DNA from: Schmidtea polychroa
Taxonomy: Eukaryota
Length of the DNA stretch: 64,000 nucleotides
NCBI GenBank assembly: GCA_044892525.1
Contig: CM097885.1
Location: 52,702,001 to 52,766,000 of the forward strand
Direction of reading: 5' to 3'
In this document: one piece after another, positions 1 to 11,120 of the stretch
Layout of the letters: every line of letters begins with the position of its first letter
Position numbering within the stretch: position 1 is the first letter of the stretch
Made by a program: the position numbers and the translations under genes
The notes under the pieces: generated by a model
The model's database searches: none
Told to the model about the DNA's origin: nothing
What the model saw: only the letters and a program-made list of their open reading frames with translations

Positions 1-75
1 TTGAGTGTGACCAGTACCCTTGCTAGCAATACCCATAGGGGGACAGAATATTTTGTCGGATAAACTAGGAGTATA
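1..75 (+). repeat. Short dispersed repeat (copies at ~1878-1950, ~3190-3262, inverted ~23990-24075)
   Basis: Shared core TACCCATAGGGGGACAGAATATYTTGTCGGATARACTA. Confidence 0.75.
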
Positions 76-2099
76 TGGTCTTTATTGATATATCAAAATA
101 CTGTTATTTATAAATTAACTAAAAATACTCAAAAATACTATATTATTTTACTGAATGATACCTTAAATGTTTTTAATATACATATTTCTAAAATAAATCA
201 ACAGTTCAAACCAACAACATGTATGGATGACCACCCATTGGTAATTTATTTCCAGTGTCACGTCCCTCAAAAATACCGTGAGTGTTTTAACAAAACTGAG
301 CTCAAAGAAACTTTCCAGATAACAACTCACCTGAATGTTTTGAACAAAAATGAGCGAAATTGAGAACAAACGATTAGATGGCGATTAACTTCTGGCCACA
401 ACCCTAACAACATGAAAATTAAGATTTTAATTATTGAATTCGTTGTTTTCTGCATGGAAATACTAACAGAATATTTTTTAATTCAAAGAATCTTCATTAT
501 AAATTTTTGAATTTAAAAAATTAAATTAAGGATATATTAAATTTACAATACATAATATTATAATATTATATAAAATTATATAAAATTATACTATATAATA
601 ATATTAATGTTTAAATATGCTTAAATAACTAAAGTGTTTAAATATGTTTAAATAACTAAATTTAAATTATTTAAATATAATTCTGATATAACGTTATTTC
701 TTTCGTTTTAGTATCCATAAAGTAAGTAAATAAAGAATTTACTAAAATATTTTAATTATTTTACTTAGTAATGAAGAAAATGAATTATATGATTATGAAG
801 AAGATGAACAAAATGGTGAAACACTAAATGACTTATGTTCTGGATTTAGAAATTTCTTATTAAAACATGAATTATAGAAGAAAATGAACCAGATAAAATG
901 GTGAAACATTGCTATGTTCTGGATTTCTTAAATGAATTAGCTGATTGTGGGTGTCCTTCAACATGAATTATCAGACTTAAATTATGTAAACTTTCAACGA
1001 TTGTCAAGAAAAATGGGAAAAACCGATGTTTTATCAATTAGATATTGTAAAGTACTACCTGAAGAATATTATTATTAATGTAAGACATGAATTAATTCTT
1101 TAAAATATATATATTATATTTAGGTATCTGTGTTTTATGGTGGGAAATGACATTGAAAAGTATACCACAAATAACAGTTGCCTAATTTATCAAGCCTGTG
1201 ACGATAAAATGTTAGATAATGTAAGTTAATTGCTTTTAAATCAATATAAATTTTAGCAATGATAGTGGACGCCGCATCAGAAACTAAGAAATACGTCCAA
1301 TTTGCAAGATGTATTCCATGAAATCACTATCAAATGGCCTGATGGAGAGATTAATTTTGAGATAGATTACCAACAGAAGAGCGAGAAAAATTTGTAAATT
1401 AAATATAATAGGGTTGGGTGGGTCCTCTTTATCCCTTAATTAATATATATTTACAAGCTGATCGTCGTGGTGGGCGGTTGTAATCCAACTAGTGGGAGGC
1501 CTCTGTAAATATATATTTGTGTTAGTGAAAACATTAATTAATTTGGTTATAGTGCCAATGACGCATGTATTTTGAAATTATACGTTTCGAATGTGCTGGT
1601 AGTTGACTACCCATGCTAGGCGTAATGTTCCGTACGGAAAACTATAATGCCCAGGTTCTTCTGACCCCACTTGGGGGAGGCACAGACGACCCTTGTGGAC
1701 GCGAACAAATATCCACCGTGTCTTTCAGGCACAGATATTTGGTCACTGCTCATTAGGCCTGGCAATACTAAATGCATACACTTTGCCTTGTCCTCTCTTG
1801 TCTTTATTTTTATCGTTTAAATAGTGTGTGTGATAAGTTTTATTTACTAACCCTAATTAATATACCCTTGCGATATGTTGAATGTGAGTAGTACCCTTGC
1901 TACCATTACCCATAGGGGGACAGAATATCTTGTCGGATAGACTAGGAGTAAATACACCCATGTTAAACAAGGTATGTGTATATAGAATGTATGTGTAAAA
2001 TTATCGCTCCTTATTGAAAATTTCATGTAAAGGCAAACACAGAATACTGCAAACATATAATAATACTCTACCCCATAACTTAGTATGTAAAAATTATTT

Positions 2100-2128
2100 A
2101 AGGTTTTTTCACTAATAATAATAATAAT

Positions 2129-2179
<51 letters not shown>

Positions 2180-2702
2180 GTTTAATGGGTTGTATATGTG
2201 TGTAAAAAATATTTGAGGTTTTCACGAATATTGATAATAATAATGGTTTATGAGTGTTTTTATGTTTTTGACTAATATTTGCAATAATAATAATGGTTAA
2301 TGGGTTGTGTGTGTGTGTGTGTAGAAAATATTTTAGGTTTTCACTAATATTGATAATAATAATTGTTAGTGGGTTGTGTGAGTGTAAATAATATTTTAGG
2401 TTTTTGACTAATATTTGCAATAATAATAATAATAATAATAAGTTTAATGAGTTGTATGTGTGTGTGTAAAAATATTTTAGGTTTTTAATATTGATAATAA
2501 TAATAATAATGGTTAATGGGTTGTGTGTGTGTGTGTAAAAAATATTTTAGGTTTTCACTAATAATGATAATAATAATGGTTAATGAGTTGTGTGTGTGTG
2601 TAGAAAATATTTTAGGTTTTTAATATTGATAATAATAATAATGGTTGAGGGGTTGTGTGTGTGTGTGTGTAAAAAAAATATTTTAGGTTTTCACTAATAA
2701 TG

Positions 2703-2773
<71 letters not shown>

Positions 2774-3019
2774 TCCCGAGCGTGTTAATATCATTCCCAA
2801 TAATAATGATGATAATAATTTTTATATATCAGTAGATAGATCTCGCACTGGGCCTTAAAATGAGCTATAGATCAATAAAATCTGTTGGTGGGAACAATAA
2901 TTTTTGGGATGAAAAAAAGTAGGTCCCCGCTGGATCACTTAATAATATTTTGAAAAATAATAATAATTTATGTGTCATCGTATGAGTCATCGAATGAGTC
3001 ATCGTTCTAAAAATACATG

Positions 3020-3082
<63 letters not shown>

Positions 3083-3277
3083 TTCTTGGGAGTTGTAATA
3101 ATAATTCTTTGAAAATATCTTAGTCATTATTAATAATACTAATAATACCCTAGCGAGTTGTTGATTGTGAGCAGTACCCTGGTGACTTGTTGAATGTGAG
3201 TAGTACATTTGTGTGCAGTACCCATAGGGGGACAGAATATCTTGTCGGATAGACTATGAGTATATAATAATTATAAT

Positions 3278-3362
<85 letters not shown>

Positions 3363-4616
3363 CTTAGAAACTAAAAACTTAGAAAATAATAATTATTTTA
3401 ATAAATGACCTTGAAAAATTAAATGACCTTGAAAAGTAAATGACCTTGAAAATTAAATGACCTTGAAAATAATAAATGACCTTGAAAAAATAAATGACCT
3501 TGAAAAAATAAATGACCTTGAAAAAATAAATGACCTTGAAAATAATAAATGACCTTGAAAATAATAAATGACCTTGACCTTTTATTAAAAATTTGACCTT
3601 GACCTTGATGAGTCATCGTTCTAAAAATATTAGACATCGTTGGGTGAGTCATTGGGTGAGTCATTCTCTTTGTTAATATTAATGATGATGATACCTTCTA
3701 TGGCTCATTCGAAAGGTCTTGGACTGAGCTTTAAGATGAGGTATCGTCCAATAAATTCGGATAATGGGAACATTAATTTTTGGGATGAAAAAGAGTAGGG
3801 GCCCGCCAGACCACTTAATAATTATATGACCTTGAAAATGATTTTTGGTAAAATGTTAATAACTTTGTCAATAATAATGATGATGATACCTTCATTAGCT
3901 CATATGAAAGGTCTTGCATTGGGCTTTAAAATAAGTGTTTGATTAATAAAATCTGTTGGCGGGAACATTAATTTTTGGGATGAAAAAAAGTAGGGGCCCT
4001 CCCGGCCACATAATTATAAAAAAAAATGACCTTGAAAATAATAAATGACCTTGACCTTTTATTAAAAATTTGACCTTGACCTTGAAAAAAAATTAAATGA
4101 CCTTGAAAATAATAAATGACCTTGAAAAATGGTCTCGGGAAAACGTTAATAACTTTGCCGATGTTAATGATGATGATACCTTCTATGGCTCAATTGAAAG
4201 GTCTTAGACTACGCTTCAAAATAAGCTATCGATTAATAAATTCGGATAATGGGAACATTAATTTTTGGGATGAGAAAAAGTATGTCCCCGCCCGGCCAAT
4301 TAATAATATTTTGAATAATAATAATAATTTAACGTTGAAAAGATGGTGGTCATCAATTGTTAATAACATTAAAACTATTAAAGATATATATGATACCTAT
4401 AGCTCATTCGAAAGGTCTTGGACTGGGCTTTAAGATGAGGTATCGGTCAATAAAATCTGTTGGTGGGAACATTAATTTTTGGGATGAAAAAAAGTGTGAG
4501 CCCGCCAGGCCAATTAATTAAAACAAAAAATTAAAAAAAAAAATTTTTTTTCCCGGGGGGGGGGGGTATATGTGATGCGGGGAGCTCCTGATCTGGGGAG
4601 CTCCAATCCTACTACT
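2100..4616. mobile_element. Right terminal region of a Polinton/Maverick-like element with subterminal repeat arrays
   Basis: Ends in ATCCTACTACT (reverse complement AGTAGTAGGAT). Tandem AAATGACCTTGAAAA units at 3403-3610 and 4025-4130, and ~150-200 bp units with TCATTCGAAAGGTC. The same motifs occur near the pPolB-linked end at 59914. The left boundary is approximate. Confidence 0.65.
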
Positions 4617-4670
4617 TATAACCAATCCTAATTTGGTAGCACCAATGTTAATTACAGAGAATGGGGTGTT

Positions 4671-5600
4671 TGTTAGAATCTTCGGTGAAGCACTTTATAG
4701 TTATAAATGTAAAGCGGTAACAGTCAAACTGATAAAGTACGACCAATGCAAAATGTATATGGAAAGTTGCGATTTATGGAGCCTGTGACACGAATCTTGC
4801 TAGAAGACGATGTCAAACCTAAAGTCTTACAATGCAGTAGATTGTTGGCACCACTATACATTCAAACGTATGAAAACAGAAAACGTTAATTAATTAATTA
4901 ATTGGATAATGGAAAACCCGAGCTAATGGGAAACCCGAGCCAATGGAGAACCCGAGAGATAAAGGAAACCCGAGCTGGGTAAACAAGAAGAAAGGCAAAC
5001 AAAAGGAAGATTTGGGCCCATTAGCTTGACACACTGATTAATGGGAAAAGAGTAAGGAGAAGATAGCGCGCGTAGGAAGACCGGTAGGGTCATTAATTAT
5101 CTGGATTCGTTGGACCATTATGGGTGACAGCCGAAGCAAACACGTAGGAGAAAATGTCAAACGAAAGATTGGCTCGGCAATAACCATTTGTCATCCTGAT
5201 TTCGAGGAGTATATAAGCAAAGGGAAAATCAGAGAAAATCGGCATTCTGCATCAGCTAGGGTTCGAAGAATTAGACTGTAGGAAAAGCTGGTAGACGAAT
5301 TAGGGAAAGTAGGGAAAAGAAGAAATAGAATTAAGAATACAGAAAGGCGAAAAGGGATCAAACCAAACAGAAACCGAGGAAACCGAGAGTCAAGAGAACT
5401 AAAGGATCAAAAGGTGAATATTGTTTGTTTGCAAAGCATCAACGCCGAGCGGAGAATCGTATAAAACTTTGATCAGTAATTGTAGCGTGATAATAAATTG
5501 TGAACCTGTTGTTTCAATATAGGTTGGGTCGTTCATTGTTTTGATTTAAAGAACACTAGGAGTCAGAGAGAACCGACTTGAAATAATCCAAAACCCAACA
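4671..5600 (+). mobile_element. LTR-like sequence (Gypsy-type)
   Basis: TGTT...ACCCAACA ends. TATA-like (5210) and AATAAA (5492) signals and a GGAGTCAGAG motif shared with the LTR at 21048-22869. Four GGAAACCCGAG repeats. No matching TSD seen. Confidence 0.55.
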
Positions 5601-7280
5601 GTAGTACTAAACTGGTTCAGCTACATCCAAAAACAAAATTGGGAAAGTTATCAAAAATGTCTATTGAAACTAATTCCATCATTCCAAGAAACGTCAAGAA
5701 ACAGAAATTCACAAAAAATCCAGCACCAGTCAGCTACATCAATAAAATATTATAGTTGACAACATTGTTTATGTTATTAACAAATGCAAGCGGGAAAAAG
5801 ATTGAATTACCATATGTAAATCAAATCGAGGTGATGGAAAAAATCGATATATACTCCACTCTAACAAATATTGTATGAAGTTGTAGATGCCAGATTGCAG
5901 ACCAAATAGAAATCATTGACTTACTGGACATTATGACACCATTAATAGAACTCAATTACGATAAAGATGTCTTTGCAGTACGAAAGCTAAAGCCAAGTTT
6001 CGAATAGCAATGGTTGTCATGTCAAAAGTGGTACACAAATTCCTATAGAAGTGCAGACAAAAGAGATACGAGACTTGATCGACATTGAACCACTAATAAA
6101 TGGAATCAATATATATTGGAAACCAGTAGACTTAGTGAAAGTGTTAATCACATTTCAAAGTGTAAATGTCGACACCCTAAATTCACGAAAATTATGTGTC
6201 CGCTATGATAATTTGGAAATGAAGCAGAATTATACAATTAGTGCAAACTATTACGAGAACCTATGCTTCGAAAATGGAACGGTAGCGAGGAACCAATGGT
6301 CACAGTTTAAGAGTGAGACCCAGTCCATCTATCTCAGAAACGAGCCAAATCGTATAACCTTGATTGTTTGGAAATGGATCGGTAACAATATATAGAAAAT
6401 CAGGACGTAAAGAAAGAGTTATCGTTAATCACAAACAGAGAATCCTGACTATATTAGATGCCAGTAATCATTAATTTTTACACTTTACACTTCTGATTTA
6501 GCGACGGAGTAGGAGATAAAAGTTAAATATCAGCGATGGATGACCGAACCAGGCCGATGGCAAACAATTATCGTGGAAGTCAAAACAATCATCGAACCGA
6601 AACGAACGTCACATACAACTACATCATCATTCGAATTACCAACCCAAAGAACGACCAAAACTTTTATCAACACAAATAGACTGATACGGATAGATTTGGA
6701 TTTGACAGTCAACGTATGTGAATATCTCATTTACATTTTAATTACAGTTTTAATTACAACCAATTATGATTGAACCACCACAATATTCCTATTATGAAAC
6801 GAGACTGTAAATTTGTGATCTGTATGCTATAAATAATGTATAAATATATAACATTATATCGATAAATTGCATGATTTGATAAGTATCATTGTCTGAGTAT
6901 AGATTTGATTGATAGGGTTCAAGGTAAGGTGTTGATGCTTTGCAAATGGAGAGTAAATACATAAAACTGATTATCTTTTAATTTCAGAAAATGCAAGAAG
7001 CTTCGGAGTTATCGTGCAAAGAATGCAAAACTAACACGTAAGAATTAAAGCGAAAGTTCCGAAGTATGTATGTTAGGATAACGGACTTGGAGAAAGAAAA
7101 TTTTCATTTGAGAAAGCGGTTGGGAAATTTTTGAGTTGGAAATAATTTTTAAATATCTTTAAATATACGTGTGATTTTTTCTATTAATTTGTTGATTTTT
7201 TCCAAGAATTCTTTTATACAAATTTCTAAGTTATGTGACCTTATACATTTCAAATTTTATCCAGGCATTTTTTTCAAAAT

Positions 7281-7440
7281 TTTTTTATGTCAAGTGGTGT
7301 AACCTTCACATTAAAGCTTTTGTTCATTGTTCCACCGTGTGTTGAAGAATATTATAGAAATAAAATCATATTCTTCAACACACGATGGGACAATGAACAA
7401 AAGCTTTAATGTGAAGGTTACACCACTTGATATAAAAAAA
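7281..7440. repeat. Near-perfect foldback palindrome (~72-bp arms, ~15-nt loop)
   Basis: TCAAGTGGTGTAACCTTCACATTAAAGCTTTTGTTCATTGT...GAAGAATAT is mirrored at 7368-7440. Confidence 0.85.
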
Positions 7441-8168
7441 ATGATCTGGAATAAATTTAATGACTTTGGATCTCATTTCCATGGAAACTATGCATTTTTT
7501 GTACATAAAGATTATAAATTTTCGTGACCTTTATAAAATTTATAGTGCATCTGGATATTTCTTAGGGGAGGGTAATGGTGTGTATGGGACATATCCATCT
7601 ACTTATGCAAACAGCAAAAGGTGACAAACAAACCCACCAACAAACATATTTAGAATTTTGAAACACAGACCTTTTAGTAACAGGTAAATTTTGTAGCAAA
7701 AAATATATTCAGAAATGATTTTTGAAATAGATTAATTAATTAAGAGAATATTAAGTTAGGTTAGTTTTGTAATAAAAATATCCTTACTAAGATAAAGTAA
7801 TTTTAAACGAGAAAATAAAAATTGAAAGTTTCAATCCTATATTTGAAAATTTCATTCAGTTGTCAGATATTTTTATGTGTAATAAATGGGTTATAGGCAA
7901 AATGAATATTTTGAAACACCTTATTAGAAAGAGCTGTGACAAAGTATCAATTGAACCTCAGAGACAATTAATGTTCTATGGGGAAATTCCACTAGAATTA
8001 TCTAAAATTTAAGGAAGAATATAAAAATAAGGAAATACGAATAGCAGATTTTATTGGAGCCATTTAATTATTATTAATGTTTATCTATATAGTGAAATTA
8101 TAAATATTTTTCTTATAGTAGGATGGGGGTAATTTTTATAATTGTTTTTAGAGTAACGAATTTTGATA

Positions 8169-9002
8169 TTAATCGTACTGAAACACAGACCCCTCTGATA
8201 TCTTTTGTAAAACTTGAGTTACTTCACAATAGATTTTATGAATTTTTTTCGATAGTTTGAATGACTTCAAGTCCAAAAGAGAGCCTTGAGAAACATTATC
8301 GTTCTCTTGAGATTCACACATAGACAGAATGTACATTTGTGTTGCACTTAACCATTCAACAAGCAACTTGATTTTGTTGAAATTTGAGTTGACTTGCTTC
8401 CAGTCTGCTTCAATTTTCTTCATCCGATTCGGACATGGAGTATTTCCAATATTTTTGTTGATGGAGGTCATCATAGTCGAATAATGTTTGAGAGGCAAAT
8501 TGGTAAATATGAGATCATTTTGAAATTGAATACATTTTTTATAATGATCTTTAGTCGAACTACAAAGACGTTTAAAGAAATAATTTTTAATGGAACCCAC
8601 AAAACCTTTCAAAAATCCAGAAACCTGATTTTTTCCGTTTAGGTATAATTTTAAACTTAACCGGAAATCTATAATCAGGTCTTTCATGTTTGAAAGTTTA
8701 TTATCTATGACACAATTGCACCTATAAATGATTTCCTCGGATATTTCTGGCCAGATATAGCTGAAACCATTGTCGACCATGTCAAAACGAACCAAATCCA
8801 TTGTTTTAGTTAATATTGGTACGTTATTTATATCGCAAATAAGAATTTCTTCCGTAATGTTTTTATCAAATGGACAAAGATCATTGTTATTGAAGAACTC
8901 TTGGAAGCAATTGCAACAGAAAACATGATTACATTGAACAAGTCTCAATAAAAAGTTTGTAGTTTTCTTATTACAAGTCGAATTCTGACATATTTTATTC
9001 AT
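8169..9002 (-). CDS. Single-exon RING-finger protein (277 aa), putative E3 ubiquitin ligase
   Basis: ATG-initiated ORF. N-terminal C-x4-C...CNHVFCCNC...CPFD is a RING-HC pattern with Asp as the last ligand, followed by a helical-looking C-terminal region. Confidence 0.75.
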   Translation of the reverse strand: MNKICQNSTCNKKTTNFLLRLVQCNHVFCCNCFQEFFNNNDLCPFDKNITEEILICDINNVPILTKTMDLVRFDMVDNGFSYIWPEISEEIIYRCNCVIDNKLSNMKDLIIDFRLSLKLYLNGKNQVSGFLKGFVGSIKNYFFKRLCSSTKDHYKKCIQFQNDLIFTNLPLKHYSTMMTSINKNIGNTPCPNRMKKIEADWKQVNSNFNKIKLLVEWLSATQMYILSMCESQENDNVSQGSLLDLKSFKLSKKIHKIYCEVTQVLQKISEGSVFQYD

Positions 9003-9995
9003 TATAATTAGTTAGAATGGTTTGATGAGGTCGAACCTTTGATTATATAATTGAATATTACTTAACTGTTCGACTTTCTATGGCATGTTTAATGTGGAAA
9101 TCTTTCATTCTTTGATTAATACGGAAATATTTGTGGTTGAAGGTCCTCATTCAATTTGCATGCAACAATTTCGTGAATTTGAATTTAGTTCCATCTTATC
9201 AACATATACAAAATATAGAAATTCCTATCCAAGCCTTTGAATCATCATGGTCAGCGAAAAGTATTCACGTTTTGATATTGCAAATAATTAGAAATAACAG
9301 AGAAGTAATGGAATTTTGTGCTTACAAGTGATAGATATTTCTTTTTAAGAAGTTATATAAGTTGTGAGATATGGGCCTGTTGGGTCAATACCCACCTCCT
9401 GCTGAGGGTTCTGGTTTTTTCCTAAAATTTCTAGTATCTTTATATAGGCTACGAAAAGTATCTCTCGTAACAAGTGCAAGCGTGGTTACCATGGCAATCG
9501 CCAAATATTGTATGTGGGTCACGGATAAATATATAGGTCAATCCAAATTTTATGAGAATTTTAAGGTATTTTATAAAAAAAACTATTATAAAACCTATAA
9601 ATTTACCATTCTACTCAAGGAAAGGTTGAATGTGAAATATATTTTTAAATTGCAAATATTTATAATTAAAAACCCCCGTAATAAATAATTTTGCACATAA
9701 TTTTCGTCAATTTGTGTATTTTTTATGATAGTGATGTTATGTGTAATTTATGTTCATATTTTTTTTCTTACAAAAATTATTTTTCTGCTTTTCTATACCA
9801 GAGTAAAAATAACTGAACGTAGAATATGTAAAATATGACATAATTAATTTATACACATGTTTGCATGGAATATACAGGTTTGTGTGCAAACCAATAGATG
9901 AGTCATAATTTGTCAGAAATTATTTCTATTCAAAATATGAATTCACAACATTTTGTTTTTCAGATTTTCACAATTTGAGTTTTAATACACACAGT

Positions 9996-10649
9996 CATAC
10001 CCGCCGACAGCAATTTTAAGCTCTATAGGCAGAGCAATTCACCGGCCCCTAAACAATTTTTATTCGTACAACGCATAAAATAACAGATGACGTTTTATTT
10101 GACGTAGCGGCATGTGGCCCGTCCGTGTGTTCTATAGTACACAAATGACACGCATGGTTTCAGTAATCATGGTTAGTAAATATAACATTTTTAATTCCAG
10201 CATTAAAAAATTCAAAAGCTTATTTATTTTATTTTTGAATATTGATACCGATGTTGATCTAACTACTTGTTGATGTTCGTTCAATTTTTTCTAATGGAAT
10301 TCAAGATGTTTGAACTTTAAACTGATTGTAGGTAAGTTAACTTAAGTGTCCGTATTATTATATTTACCGTATTTTAGCGCATATAACGCGCACGGTATCT
10401 GATTACAATAAACAATAAAACCGATGGTAGAGTTACTGTCACATCATAAAAATATTTCCACTGGCAATGCCGCCACGTGTAAAATATAAATCATAAAGCG
10501 CGCACCCACAGATACCGCGCATGGGGGGTGCACGGTTTGTAAAAATGCGTATAACGTGCGCGTTATATGCTCTAAAATACGGTAAATACGTAAAAAATCG
10601 AACCCGGGCCCTGGGCATTTGCATCCCCTCTCCCCTCTCGGCGGGCATG
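9996..10649. mobile_element. Non-autonomous hAT-like element
   Basis: TIR CATRCCCGCCGA; 8-bp flanks CACACAGT / CACACAGG (7/8 match). Confidence 0.7.
10367..10582. mobile_element. pogo/Tc2-type MITE nested in the hAT-like element
   Basis: TIR CCGTATTTTAGMGCATATAACGCGCACG, flanked by TA on both sides. Confidence 0.8.
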
Positions 10650-11120
10650 CACACAGGGTGCATTTAAATAAAAATTTAATAAATCATACCATTTTAGAAA
10701 ATTAATTCCAAATTACCCGATATTCATAATAAATACGAAAGTTTAATTTGAAAAAATATTGAATTATTAAAAATATTATTATTATAAAATAAAAATATTT
10801 TTAAAAAACTTTTAAAAATGTAAATTTAATGATAAAGATAACTTTTAACTTACCATTTGCCAATAATTTTGTCCATATTTCAAGTATCTATTTTTTTCTT
10901 TTAATAAATTTCTTATATCTTATGTTAGACCTTCATTTATGGCAAATCCACCAGCAATTTTTGTGTTTTTGTGATAACTCTTATTTAGTGTCAGTTTTTT
11001 GTCAACGACTCTTATTATAGGTTAGTTTAATTTATATTAATGAGAGTTCTAATTTATTGTTATTCACGCTCGTAGCAGTTGGTGTAATAAAAATAGATTA
11101 ATAAAAAGACTGCTTAAAAT

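Noticed and set aside
770..1400. Acidic and Cys-containing coding-like fragments with possible mini-introns
   Set aside because: Multiple stops and frameshifts; no consistent gene model or family could be built.
2112..3664. ORFs with poly-Tyr, poly-Ile or FFQGHL repeats (also 58687-59021)
   Set aside because: Translations of microsatellites and tandem repeats.
3403..4520. Regularly repeated units that superficially resemble a CRISPR array
   Set aside because: No unique spacers; whole units are homologous; eukaryotic context with no cas genes. Better explained as Polinton subterminal repeats.
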